NCBI GenBank assembly: GCA_024704765.1
Contig: JAKMXF010000088.1
Span: 801,029 to 865,028, forward strand
Direction of reading: 5' to 3'
Source: Oopsacas minuta
Taxonomy: Eukaryota; Animalia; Porifera
Length of the DNA: 64,000 nucleotides
Shown: piece after piece, positions 1 to 13,900 of the stretch
Layout of the letters: each line of letters begins with the position of its first letter
Numbering within the stretch: position 1 is the stretch's first letter
Notes under the pieces: model-generated
Databases searched by the model: none
Told to the model about the DNA's origin: nothing
Seen by the model: only the letters and a program-made list of their open reading frames with translations
Made by a program: the position numbers and the translations under genes

Positions 1-2351
<2,351 letters not shown>

Positions 2352-2743
2352 TTGTAGCTAATTTGAGACAAAACTATAGTACAGTGTAAGCTAATAAATA
2401 TAGAGAATTCCTAGTAACAATGAACCTACACAAACCGGGTAGCATTTATCGGAGTTTACACTGTACACAGATTCTAAACAGCAGAGGTTAGTCAGTAATA
2501 AATACTTCATAATATCTACCTATTCCAGATTATTGTGATGAATTATGCACCTGATTAACACTGTAATATGAGATTGATACGCAATCAAGCTGCATGATTT
2601 ATATATCCAATTAGAATAGATTAACCCTCCCTTATAATTATATAAGAGTTCCTATAATTAGAATAAATCTAACTACGAACCTATTAGCTATATATGTACT
2701 AATCTATAACGATACTACTACAGTCTACTATCAAACATTGTAG

Positions 2744-3070
2744 CTACTTTATGGATAGTAGCTCTACGTCAAATATCAGAACAGCATTAGCAGGGATTGT
2801 TCCTGGTACTCCAGAAGCACCATACCCGTAATCCGGTGAGATTGTCAGGATAGCTTTCGATCCGACAGACATCTGAGGAACTCCCTCGTCCCAGCCTTTT
2901 ATGACTTGTCCCACACCGATCTTAGTTTCGAATGGCTTCCCTCGGTCTCTGGAGGAATCAAACTTCTTTCCGTCTTTTAGAGTTCCTGTATAATGCATAA
3001 CAACAGTCTGTCCTTTCTTGGGATAAGTCTTACCATCTCCTTCCTTAGTTATCTGTACTTCTACTCCCAT
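2744..3070 (-). CDS. FKBP1A: FKBP12 peptidyl-prolyl isomerase
   Basis: 108 aa single exon [47 protein letters not shown]...[11 protein letters not shown]...LIFDVELL with Y26, F36, D37, W59, Y82 and F99 equivalents intact. Confidence 0.97.
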   Translation of the reverse strand: MGVEVQITKEGDGKTYPKKGQTVVMHYTGTLKDGKKFDSSRDRGKPFETKIGVGQVIKGWDEGVPQMSVGSKAILTISPDYGYGASGVPGTIPANAVLIFDVELLSIK

Positions 3071-3139
3071 TCTGTTATTGTTAACTATATTACTTGTTAA
3101 GATTAAAAGGTTCCCTATACGATACTATTAGGGGTTAAA

Positions 3140-3228
3140 CCATGGATGGTAGATTTAGTTAATCTACTCTGGATTAGTGGCTATGCCTGCTTGGAGGGGA
3201 ATTTCTATAACGAATCCATCATCCATGG
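3140..3228. mobile_element. Short inverted-repeat (MITE-like) element with CCATGGATGG ends, copy 1
   Basis: ttaaa-CCATGGATGGTAGATT...ttggaggggaattt...AATCCATCATCCATGG-ttac. Homologous to 5559..5677. Confidence 0.55.
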
Positions 3229-3449
3229 TTACATATCTTATAAGCATTAAGGGAGCAGACTCACAATAAAAATGGCAGTATAGAGCATGTTTTGAGTATA
3301 TCCACTTATATAAGATAGCTACCATTAAGTTTTGGGATACACATATAAATGTATAGGATTACAATTAGATCAGGATAGCAACCATATATAGACAAAGGAA
3401 TGTATCATTACAATAAATCGTATGTAAAATCATAAAATAATTGAATTAT

Positions 3450-5462
3450 TCATAATTCAACTTGACTATCAAGTTGGTCAGATGGAATGTCATCATCTGA
3501 TTCATATATGTCATCCTGTTTATTATAAATACCTTCCATCCTAATTACGTATATCAATGGCATATACGGAGGGACACTATCAGGAACACCTCTACTCCCG
3601 TAGGCGGTTATAGAAGGACACACAATTATTCGGATCTCCCCCAGCTTCATGTCGGAGATACCCTTGGTCCCGTGGTCCCATGCGGGTACTACTTCTCCTA
3701 GACCGTATCGGAACTTCATGGGACGAGGTTGGGGAGTAGGACGACACATTCCGTGATCAGCTAGTGTCGATGAGAACAGAGAAAAGGCCTCGTCGAATCG
3801 AGCAATGACATTTGAGAGTTTCACCTTTTGGTACTCCATTCCTGGGGGTCCCATCCGTAACACGGATATCGTATCCTCGCTAGGGACAGCCCTGAGAGGA
3901 GGCCAGTATCCCTCATGGAGGACTAGTTTATTCTGTATGGGAGGGTAGCGGAGATATATGTTAAGGTCATCAACTGAGAAGGGGGAATCTACTTTCTCTC
4001 TGGAGTATTCTAGGATATCTTGTAGCTGTTTCTGCGTAATTTTATGCTTTTCAGAATTAGTCTCATCTTTCACTAATTTATCTACTTCACATAGCAGCTG
4101 TTGTGCTTTTTGCTTAACACGTTTCTTAACACATTCTACCCTCTGTTTAATAATATTTAACTTCTCATCTTCCTCCTGAACCTTTTCAATATTAATAGCT
4201 CGCAATCTTTCCGTAATATTTTGAATAATTCTAATCTTATCAGGAGTGTCCTTTGACATTATTTCATCTTTATATTTATCCCATGTTATGTCGTCAGGAT
4301 TATTATCATCGAATATTGTCTTAATTTCGGTTTTAAGTTGATCAAAAAAATATTTGAATAACGGGGCCAAGTCATTCATAAGATCTCTGAAATCTGGGTA
4401 ATCAATCTCTTGCCTGGGTCCTGCAAAGAGGAATGCTCCATCGGTTTTGAGACAGTAATTTCTAAGTCTATTTATTTCGTTTTGATCTTTTGAGATATCT
4501 TTAATCTTCTCCAATTTGTTTAGAACTTTAACAAGAGTATTCTCCTTTTTTTGATTCTGATTATTTTGATCCTGTATTTCTTTTAACCCGAGGTATGTCT
4601 TGATGTCTTCAATCTCAGATAGTCTGACCTCAAATCTCATTCTATATGCATACAGCCCTCTCACTACCCTATCTACCTCTTTATCGTATTCCACCCTTCG
4701 CTCCAGAACAGATCTAAACTCTGTGGAATCAGGAGTTAATATACTATCTATTCTTCTGTGAATCTCTCTTATCAATACTTCCTCTTGCTTCCAACGATAT
4801 CTATTAATTTTGTCTAATAATTGGTTTATTTCGTCAGAAGGCAACTGATGTTTGTAATTATCCAAGGACTTATTGAATTCAAATTCTGTCAGCTTGTTAA
4901 GTAGTGGAGGAATGTCCTTATTCTTATTTTTATTCTTATTTTTATTGTAGTTGTGTATAATATCATTGAATTCAGTCTTAATCTCAACAAAATGATCCTC
5001 ATTCATAGTGGGGGGAGATAGCTCATCATTATCATTAGAAGCAAACTTCATCCAGGTATCTACATAATGTGCATACTCCTTCTTCCATTCCAAGTAGTGA
5101 TATGTGTTGTCAGGTTTGTTATAGTATTGGAATTCATGGGAACGATTTAGGAACTTGTCTCCTTCGCCCATTCCTTTCATGACAACATCACCGGGTAATT
5201 CTGACTGTTCGAGTGTTTTCCTCAGCTCTGTTCTAAGTGTGGGAGACCATTTTTCTCTGAAATAGCACCATGGAGGCAGGTAATATCCAGCATAGTTAAC
5301 AGCTACTAGTGTACCTACTCTAATAGGATTATACTTAGGGATATCTCTACTGTTAATCTGTGCATTTGATTCTATTAATCCGGGTAGCTCGTGTGTAGGT
5401 TTAGAACTTGTGGGAGAGATTGGAGATGATATGCTTATGACGTCAGGAGATGTTACTGACAT
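3450..5462 (-). CDS. Divergent FKBP-fold protein (670 aa) with a ~500 aa charged/helical insertion inside the FKBP domain
   Basis: N-part RVGTLVAVNYAGYY matches [15 protein letters not shown]-part LFSST...PMKFRYGLGEVVPAWDHG..DMKLGEIRIIVCPSITAYGSRGVPDSVPPYMPLIYVIRMEGI matches the rest of the fold. Single exon. Confidence 0.75.
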   Translation of the reverse strand: MSVTSPDVISISSPISPTSSKPTHELPGLIESNAQINSRDIPKYNPIRVGTLVAVNYAGYYLPPWCYFREKWSPTLRTELRKTLEQSELPGDVVMKGMGEGDKFLNRSHEFQYYNKPDNTYHYLEWKKEYAHYVDTWMKFASNDNDELSPPTMNEDHFVEIKTEFNDIIHNYNKNKNKNKNKDIPPLLNKLTEFEFNKSLDNYKHQLPSDEINQLLDKINRYRWKQEEVLIREIHRRIDSILTPDSTEFRSVLERRVEYDKEVDRVVRGLYAYRMRFEVRLSEIEDIKTYLGLKEIQDQNNQNQKKENTLVKVLNKLEKIKDISKDQNEINRLRNYCLKTDGAFLFAGPRQEIDYPDFRDLMNDLAPLFKYFFDQLKTEIKTIFDDNNPDDITWDKYKDEIMSKDTPDKIRIIQNITERLRAINIEKVQEEDEKLNIIKQRVECVKKRVKQKAQQLLCEVDKLVKDETNSEKHKITQKQLQDILEYSREKVDSPFSVDDLNIYLRYPPIQNKLVLHEGYWPPLRAVPSEDTISVLRMGPPGMEYQKVKLSNVIARFDEAFSLFSSTLADHGMCRPTPQPRPMKFRYGLGEVVPAWDHGTKGISDMKLGEIRIIVCPSITAYGSRGVPDSVPPYMPLIYVIRMEGIYNKQDDIYESDDDIPSDQLDSQVEL

Positions 5463-5558
5463 TGAATATCTAATTACAATGCTACATGGATCATTAACTG
5501 TTGGAATAAAGATAGAAAGAGTCCCGCCGCCTGCCTCTTATTTAGTACAGTTATTTAA

Positions 5559-5677
5559 CCATGGATGGCGGATTTAGTATATTTGCTTGGATGTTTTTCT
5601 AAGCTAAGGCACTTCTCTCTTGGTTGGAGGGGAATTTGTATCAAAAAAGCATAAATAAACGAATCCACTATCCATGA
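5559..5677. mobile_element. Short inverted-repeat (MITE-like) element with CCATGGATGG ends, copy 2, TTAA on both sides
   Basis: TTAA(5555-5558)-CCATGGATGGCGGATTT...ttggaggggaattt...GAATCCACTATCCATGA-TTAA(5678-5681). Confidence 0.55.
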
Positions 5678-5775
5678 TTAATAACATTTCCATTCTACAC
5701 TATCAATAACCAGCTATATAAGGTGTCAAATATGTATAATTCATCAGAAATACGAATAATATTGAAATGATACCT

Positions 5776-7365
5776 CTAAGCGGTCTTAGCATCTGATTTA
5801 ATTTTCTCTTCCGTCAATTTCTGTTCGTGTTTTTCGTGTTTATACTTTCTATTAGTTTTCCTGTATTTTAATTCCTGTTTCGTTAACTCCTCAAAATGTG
5901 TTAGAATATCATCTGATTGACTCTCCTCAATCTTATCAACTTGTATAATATATATAATGCCCTTTAATCCTTCGTAGAAATTCTCATCTCTGATATACCC
6001 ACTGAATCCGGATATGTTCTTGAGTATAGGGAAGTAGTGATTTACTTGATCATTACGATCAGTTTCTAAGAATAATATATAACTACTGTCTGTATATTGA
6101 TATAGTGAAACTTCGTTAATACGAATTTCCGGTTGAGACAAACAGAAATTCACACAATTGTAATTCAATTGTTTTTACTCCGGATAATGAGTACAAATCT
6201 AGACGGTCCTTTGGTGTACGTATTAACGAGGTTTTACTATATATTTATATTTTCACACCTTTAACCGGAGTAATATCCTTGTCCTTCTTCCTCTCTTCTC
6301 TGTATAATCTTTTTCTTTCACTCATCAACCACTTATCTTCTATCCAAATAGTCTCAACATTATCATTACCAGTGATCTGTTTATATACGTCATCATTAAT
6401 TGATTTAGCCAGTTGACGAGCTCCAGGGGCTCTACACCAAGGCATACCCCCAGTAAATGCCTCCTCAAAGCCTCTTATCTCGTCTCTATCCCTCCTCTTG
6501 TATACAGGTTTATTAGGATGTAGCTGTAGAGTTAGTTCTCTAGATTTACGATACTCCATATCAACTGATAGAAGCTGTTCTCTATGAGGATAGTATACAT
6601 TGATATTTTCACACCTGACACACATAACTACAACTTACTTTGGTACAAAAGCTATCCTGATCTCCTTCTCTCCTTCCATATCCCATAAGGCTTCTACTAG
6701 AGATGCTACAAGGTGGTGATCTCTACGTCCAAACATAATCCTGAAGCCTCGTTCTAACTCCCTCTCTACTCTCCTATTAATCTCTGCCTCCAATTTATCA
6801 CCGGGGATATTGTCAGGAGGGGGTGCGTCACGAGCTAGTATATTCTCAACAGAAGTGTAGTATTCATCTCTGTACTCAGATATATCCTTATCCCATAGAG
6901 AAGCATAACGCGTATACTCACTAATAATATCCTTCCTACATTTCTCCTCATAGAACTCTTTCTTACTGTCCCTGTCAAACAGCTCATAACTTCCTATTAC
7001 TTCAGTAAACTTATCAAATCCTTGTAGATTATCAAACTCTTTAATTATCTCTTTAAACTTCTCTCTATCCTGAGGGCCTGTTAGAATTTGGGTTATCCTT
7101 TCTTTTTTCATAAAATGATCAATTTTGTCTTCCCAGTCTTCCCTTATGAGATAACCTAAGGACACATCGTAACATTCATAAACGGAGAAACATTGCAATA
7201 AGTACCTGCAAAGTTAAGAGAGAGGAATTGGTGATGGAATTGATGATTCCAAGAAATTTCTCTCTTCTTCTTTGTTTCAGGAGGAGTACTGTTAGATGGG
7301 ATAGAGGGAAGAACAGGAGGAGAAGTCACAGGAGCTATCTCAGGTGTACTAATGTTAGTTGCCAT
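5776..7365 (-). CDS. Divergent multi-exon FKBP-fold protein with two large insertions (joins track ORFs 7156-7365, 6635-7198, 6245-6625 and 5776-6168)
   Basis: A 50-nt intron gtactt..ccttag gives LSLNFAG|YLIREDW. Then LVASLVEALWDMEGEKEIRIAFVPK; a 57-nt intron to EQLLSVDM; PWCRAPG (neighbour has PWCDAPG); and GLKGIIYIIQV (neighbour has GLAGIIYVVQL). The last junction (~6260 to ~6150) is not resolved. Confidence 0.62.
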
Positions 7366-7407
7366 GCTATAATAATATTAATATTTTGACACCTAATAAC
7401 TACACTC

Positions 7408-7488
7408 AACTCCCGTGACGTATATCTAAGCTCAAGGGACCGTGATAATTACTTAGGTATAAGCGGGTATTTGGATCTAACGGGAGTT
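7408..7488. mobile_element. MITE-like element with AACTCCCGTTAC-type inverted ends, copy 1
   Basis: aactcccgtgac..atctaagctcaagggacc..ggtataagcgggtattt..taacgggagtt. Homologous to 10474..10573. Confidence 0.6.
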
Positions 7489-7545
7489 GCTTGTATTGAA
7501 TTAATTAAAATATACTATAAACAACTTAACATTCCAATCTACCAT

Positions 7546-8589
7546 TTACTTATCCTTGTTTCCAACATCTGATTTATCAGTCTTCTTATCAGTCTCCAGT
7601 GGCTTTTTAACATGAATAATCTCTCTATCAGGTTGGGACTCCCCTAATGCCAGCAGTTGTACTACATATATGATACCTGCTAGTCCTCTGTGTACTTCTA
7701 GATTATCTGCTGTCGGTTGTTGACTGTGTGGATTAGCTGATCGAAAGAATGTGGCTCTGTCTCCTTTGGTCCCGGGGGCGTCACACCAGGGCTCTGAGAA
7801 CTCCTCATCAGGATCATAATCCTCCTCAGAGGAACTGGAGTAGTATATGTCCTGTTTGTCACCTTTCACATGTGTACCCCTCTCCCCTATGCCACCCCTT
7901 GTCTCCTGCTCATTCACACCCTTTGTCTTCTCTTCTTTCTTGTCAGGAACTACTCTCTGTTTGACAGGTGACATGTCTAGCCCGTATACCTCTGCCGGTG
8001 GAACATGCACAACTTTAATCTCCCCTATACGCATCCTCTTAACAGCTACTATCAGAGAGGGTACAAGGGGAGCGGTCTCTCCCCCCAGTGTAAATGTAAC
8101 AGGTCCTGGTAACACCTTGTCACCATGCTCGGGCCAGGTCGAGCAGAAGAGGATCATACGGTGTTCCTTCTCCAGGAGGGAGATCACAGAATCTGCCCTC
8201 CAGAGGGGAATGGGATCTCCATCGGGGTCCTCTTGATCTGCTCTAGGTCTATATTTCCTTGGAGATACGCTAGGTGAATTGGTATGTGTTTTATTAGGTG
8301 AATTTTTTTGGGATTCTGTAGCAGTTTTATCTTCAAAAGTATATTTTTTACAACTTTCAAAAATATCAATATATTCACCCTCAGTCTTCAGGAAATAACC
8401 TGCATAGTGTATTGTTACTGAATTCCTTATTCGCACTCCGGTAACCAGGTTCTTGAATTGGTACCTGTCTATTTCTATACCACATCTCTCCTCCAAATCT
8501 ATAACGTCAATATTTTCATTGCCCCCTGTCTCATTGGACTGACCCTCAGGGCTTCTAGTTGATTGGCTATGAGTTCCTTGTATAGACAT
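7546..8589 (-). CDS. Divergent FKBP-fold protein (347 aa) with two low-complexity insertions
   Basis: VTIHYAGYF ... LFCSTWPEHG ... PVTFTLGG..PLVPSLIVAVKRMRIGEIKVVHVPPAEVYG ... GIIYVVQLLAL follows the FKBP strand order. D37 and W59 equivalents are replaced. Confidence 0.78.
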   Translation of the reverse strand: MSIQGTHSQSTRSPEGQSNETGGNENIDVIDLEERCGIEIDRYQFKNLVTGVRIRNSVTIHYAGYFLKTEGEYIDIFESCKKYTFEDKTATESQKNSPNKTHTNSPSVSPRKYRPRADQEDPDGDPIPLWRADSVISLLEKEHRMILFCSTWPEHGDKVLPGPVTFTLGGETAPLVPSLIVAVKRMRIGEIKVVHVPPAEVYGLDMSPVKQRVVPDKKEEKTKGVNEQETRGGIGERGTHVKGDKQDIYYSSSSEEDYDPDEEFSEPWCDAPGTKGDRATFFRSANPHSQQPTADNLEVHRGLAGIIYVVQLLALGESQPDREIIHVKKPLETDKKTDKSDVGNKDK

Positions 8590-9064
8590 GAACTAAATAT
8601 ATTACACATCAGTACAGAGCAGTAATTATATTAGAGAGCCTTATAAATATGACGTCATATTTATGGCTTACACACCATGATAAAGATATGTTGCAATTAA
8701 TCTGATGCAATATTGAATTATATTTTGTTGATGTTGATTTTACTAGATAGATAGCAAATATTAGTGTTTCCAGCAGCTGAATATTCCACATAAAAGAAGC
8801 TACCAAAATGGTCCATCCATTGAACACATTATGTGGCAATAATTATTAACCAATACACATGTGGCTTGATTGCATATCATAGCAACCAGAGGGTATCTCA
8901 GAAATGCAATACCCTACAACACTAAGAAGCCTGTAGTGTAAAGAATCTGTATGCCGTTATTATAATTGAGTTATTTATAAGTTCGAATTCAAATCTATTT
9001 TTAAACAGAAGAGATTTTGCTATTTATAAGAAGTTTTGAATAATTGATAGTAAAAAAGTGAAGT

Positions 9065-9774
9065 ATGCAGTCGATAAAGTGTGTAGTCGTTGGAGATGGG
9101 TAAGTTCTAGATCTCCAGGGGGTTAATTACCTCCCCCTGTTACTATAGTTATCTTACATACCATTCCTCCAGGGCTGTTGGCAAGACCTGTCTACTAATA
9201 AGCTACACAACTAATGCATTTCCAGGAGAGTACATACCTACTGTTTTCGATAACTACTCAGCTAATGTAATGGTAGATGGACGCCCTATCAACCTTGGTC
9301 TCTGGGATACAGCTGGACAGGAGGACTACGACAGACTAAGACCTCTGTCCTATCCTCAGACCGATGTATTCCTCATCTGTTTCTCACTGGTGTCACCTGC
9401 TTCCTATGAGAATATCAGAGCTAAGGTGAGAATTATTAATATAGAATATTACCAGCTGTATAACTAATTGATCCCTCTAGTGGTATCCAGAGGTGTCGCA
9501 TCATAACCCCAACACCCCTAGCATCCTGGTGGGTACCAAACTGGACCTCAGAGACGATGGAGAGACGATCGATAAACTGAAGGAGAAGAGACTATCCCCC
9601 ATAAGCTACACACAGGGACTACAGATGATGAAAGAGATAGGAGCTGTTAAGTATATGGAGTGCTCAGCTCTCACTCAGAAGGGACTAAAGACTGTATTCG
9701 ATGAGGCGATACGGGCAGTGCTTAATCCCAGCAAAATGCCGAGCAAGAGGAGTGGGGGGTGTATAGTATTATAG
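9065..9774 (+). CDS. RAC1: Rac-family Rho GTPase; exons 9065-9099, 9173-9425, 9481-9774
   Basis: [75 protein letters not shown]-terminal CAAX CIVL. Canonical GT-AG introns. Confidence 0.97.
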
Positions 9775-10018
9775 TTATTATTATTATTTGTATTTATCTT
9801 ATATATTATCTGTATTTATTTGAGATTAAAATGTTAATTCCTGAGTTAAACCTCCATGAACAAGACCTGTGGAAACAGAAAAAATAAATAGAGCGATTTC
9901 CTAGTCACACACAAATGAATCTCTACAAACGGGGAATTTGGCATTTGCATATCTTCGTGTGGTAAGAAAGTATCCATCTTATTCATAGTAACGTGAATGT
10001 ATGATAGGAATGTACAAA

Positions 10019-10782
10019 TCACTGTATTGGAGCATACAATAAAGGAGGGAAGGGTAACAAACTAAACAATTTGTTCTTCGGAGTTGTTTTAATATTAATT
10101 TCTCTTTTCAGAATTTCTCTGAATTCATCAGCTGTGTCTCTGACCCAATCCTGCTCCTCTCTAGATGGGAGGGGCTTAGAGAGAGCGTCCCCTATGCTGG
10201 GGGGTCCTGTTAATTTTACCCGGGGTATAACTAGAGTTTTAATCCTATCCCGTCGGGTTGTAGGGCTGGTTTCATCACCTACGGATTTCCTGGTTGAGTT
10301 AGGACTATGGCTGTGTGGTATCATTGCATGTCTGTCTAGGATAGATATGTCTAGCGTTCTAGCCTCAAGTCTGCTCTCTATTTTACGTAAGGCTACCACT
10401 GGGTCCCAGCCTGGAGATTCCTATAGTAGATAGCGGTAACGTAGATACAAGAGGTCAAACATTATACCTTTAACTCCTGTTACATCTAAGCTCAGGGACC
10501 ATATCTGTACACTTTAACACGCCGGTATAAGCGGGTATTTCCATATATCCGTGTTAGATGTACGTAACGGGAGTTAACTGTAAATAAAGCATTTATTGGC
10601 TCTAATACCTGTTTAGTGTCCCTCTGTAAAGCGAGGTCATTTGTATCCTGTTGGTACATATTCCCCTCAGTTGGGTACCTCTCGTTAGAGGACTGGTACT
10701 CAGAGGAGGCCGTCTGTCCCAACAGAGGGCGGGTAGCATCCCCCTCTGTCTCCACAGACTTCGCACTCTGACAACACCCCAT
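10019..10782 (-). CDS. LAMTOR1: Probable Ragulator subunit LAMTOR1/p18-like protein; exons 10782-10609 and 10420-10019
   Basis: N-terminal MGCC lipidation motif, acidic dileucine EGDATRPLL, TLDISILDRHAM resembling IIDVSAADSQGM, and a C-terminal LSKPLPSREEQDWVRDTA helix. Phase-0 intron restores the frame. Symbol assigned by recognition only. Confidence 0.6.
10474..10573. mobile_element. MITE-like element with AACTCCCGTTAC-type ends, copy 2, TTAA on both sides, in the LAMTOR1-like intron
   Basis: TTAA(10470-10473)-CTCCTGTTAC...GTAACGGGAG-TTAA(10574-10577). Confidence 0.62.
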
Positions 10783-10955
10783 ATAAGCTAGTAATTCTAT
10801 TAGTTAATGAATATAAAGCCCCGTATCCATAGTAACGGAAGTGTTAAACCATTGATAATATAATAAATCACAATTGACAGCTGTTTAAAGGCCTAATATA
10901 ACTCTGAGACAATATACAAATACTGTGACAACCACGAGGGTAGCTTGGAATGTGA

Positions 10956-13900
10956 TTAGGAGTCTGTCATTAGATTATCGATTTCTAAATTTAGATTAGC
11001 GAGCATTTGATCAATGTCATTCAGGACTTCGTGAGATTGTGTAGGTCTATAGGATAATAAAAATAGTTATTAATATTATAACACCTCTGGGGTATATGTA
11101 TACACCTACTTCTGCTGATGGGGAGGGGAGGGGAGGTGAGAGGGAGACGTGACGTCATCAGAGCTCATGGAGGAGAGGATATCGTCTAGATCTGCTAGAC
11201 CTGATAATCTACGTTGTTTATCATCTTTACTAGGAAACTAGTAAACACAAAAATAAATATTTGCTTACTAGTTGTAAGTAAACAAACAAACCTGTAGATG
11301 GGTGTGGGGAGGTGGGGGGGGGAGGGAGTCTAGAGGATCACTCATGTCCATAGGGGGAGGGGGTAGGTCCTCTTGGAAATCAGAGAAGAATGAATCTCTA
11401 ACCTATAAAAATAGTAAATACCATGGTAGTTGGCAAGCAAGGGAAAGGAATGTATACTCACAGCTGGGGGAGGTGGAGGGAAGTCTGTGTCTAGTTTGAG
11501 AGGAGAGGGGAACTCCTGAGGGTCTGGCACCCTCTGGGGGGACGGATAGTCCGGGAGACTGTCATGAGAAGGTTTTGAATTCCTTCTCTCCACAGGCGGT
11601 TTCTTAGATACGGGCGGAGGAATGCCAGGTTTCTTAGCCACAACAGGAACATTCTTCCTTAGCTGTTGTTTAGGAGTGGTAGGGGTGGGAGGGAGGACCT
11701 CTCTAGTAGGTGTTAAACTGTCCTCAGGGGGACGGGGAGGAGGGGAATTAATCTCAGGAGGAATATATTTGGAATCAGCTGGTGGTGTATTATGATGTAC
11801 ATTATCTGTATTATTATTCGTATTATTGTAGTGATTAGAGTTGTGTGGAGATGGTTTGTGATTACTGTCACATTCCTTAAGTTTAGATGGTTGCTGGGGA
11901 GTAAGGATAGGTTTCTGAGGAGAGTTGTGAGCTGAGCCACTCAGAACTATAAAATAAACAAGTAACATTTGTAAACAAGTAAACAACAATAAACACCTAC
12001 CCATACTCCTATGAGACTGTATACACTCATGTAGATGAGAGAGAGCAAGGGAGAACCTCTTTACGATAGGTTTCTTATTAATCCCTAATTCCATCAATTC
12101 TTCTACTGTCATATCAGCTATAAACTCCAGGTCATCATACCCAGACTCTATTAGTGTACTCTGATAAGAGAGTAAATTCCATTGTGACAGCCATGTCTCT
12201 ATGCTAGTCTATAGAGATATAACAATAAATTATTATCAGTATCTATATATATATATATATATATTAATGCTTACGGGTATATGCTGGTAACCAGTATGCT
12301 TAGCAGATAGAGACTGTAAGCTGGTTAGTAGTTTCTTTTTATGTCCTGCCTTGCTGACTCCAGCTTCTGACACCTCGTCAGCTGATATTCCTACAAAATC
12401 AGCACTCTCTGAGTAGCCTGCATCTGTCAGAACTGTCAAATAATCTGACAATTTAAGAGCTGATAGGAATTTGTCTAACGGCCATGATTCAATACTAGAA
12501 ATCTAAAAATAGAATATTTACTGTTAATAATATGAATATTTATTTGTTTATTGTTCTCACCTTTGATACAAGGGTACCAGACCTCATAGGTCCTTTTTGT
12601 ACCCTAGATACGTCATTGATCCCCTCAGGAGAGGTGTTAGATCCAATACCAACATCACTAACTCGTGTATTCATAACAGCAACAGTAGAACTACGTTGCT
12701 ATAGGAAGGATATAATATAATAAAGGGTATAGTATTCTTGTGTAGTTGCTAGGATACTTACCTGGTAAGTAGGAATGTTATTGGGTAGATCAGGGGAAGG
12801 GTCACGAGCAAGTGAATCCATAATTCCAGATAACGGTTTAGGAGGATTAGGAGTACGAAAAGGGGTCTCCTCATCGACAGGGGGTGGGGACCAAGGTTGT
12901 ACCGTATTGGACCGTTTGAGAGACCCCTTCTTGGCTCTGAGTGCCTCCAGGAATTCGCTGTCCCCCTCAGGAGAAGGAGACCTCTCCTCTGTAAGAGGAA
13001 CAGTTGGCTTATAAGAGGGCTGTGTATCTCTAGGGGGCTTCTTAGGGGGTATGAGAGAGGTTATGGGAGGAGGAGCGGTAGTGGGAGGAGGAGGAGGTTG
13101 TGATCCGACACTTCTTGTCCCTATCCCTGTCTCAGAAGCTATCTTCCTCATGACAAGTTTCTTCTGTAACTCAGAGAGATGCTCTCTATTAATAAAAGAA
13201 TTCGGTCTCATTAGAATACATACAATTATCTTTTAAGCTATTTATATGCAAATACATGAATTAGTGGCAAGTCATAACAAATTCTTAAGCTATTGTTTAC
13301 TCACTTATCTCCAGATACTACAGCTGGAGGGACTAATGATTTAGGCGCCACTTTAGGCTTGTTCATAGGTCTAGGCGGTGCTGTCTCCATGGTTACAGGT
13401 TGGAATGCAGGAGCTCTATGGTGTGACTCAGATTCAACTTCTTGCAGTAGAGCTAATAGAAAATATCGTTAGGGGAGTTATATGGATATCTACATAACAT
13501 ATACTCACTCTGGTTGTCATAGACTGGCATATTGTTAGGTGTTGTTACATCATGGAAGCCAGCTGGTAGAGAACTTAACTTCTTAAGAACAACAGAGGAC
13601 TCTGGCTTGCTCTTGACTACATCACCTGATTTCTGTCTATCAGGTCGGTATCCAGGGGGACCTCTCTCTCCTAGACAACCATTGATACAGATAAGAATGT
13701 TATTATAACGCCTAATATATGTATATACCTCTCTGCAACTTTGCTTGTTTAGCAATTCTTATTTTACGTAACACAATCTCTGCGGAGGAATACTCAATCA
13801 TTTAACTAGTACTATTCTAATACGAACGAATATATATAGCGATTATATGAGATGTTATAAGTATTCTAATTAGTAATAACTTAAAAGGAAAATATACAAT

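Noticed and set aside
6615-6640. 24-nt intron or stop read-through between ORFs 6635-7198 and 6245-6625
   Set aside because: A 57-nt intron to the tatcctcatag acceptor is also in frame, matches local intron sizes and aligns better with the paralogue.
10399-10782. Treating 10019-10782 as the 3' end of the Caskin-like gene
   Set aside because: Caskin has its own terminal exon and stop at 10956, and the downstream ORF has its own MGCC start.
13660-13690. GERGPPG collagen-like triplets
   Set aside because: Only two to three triplets, inside the Caskin-like linker; not a collagen domain.
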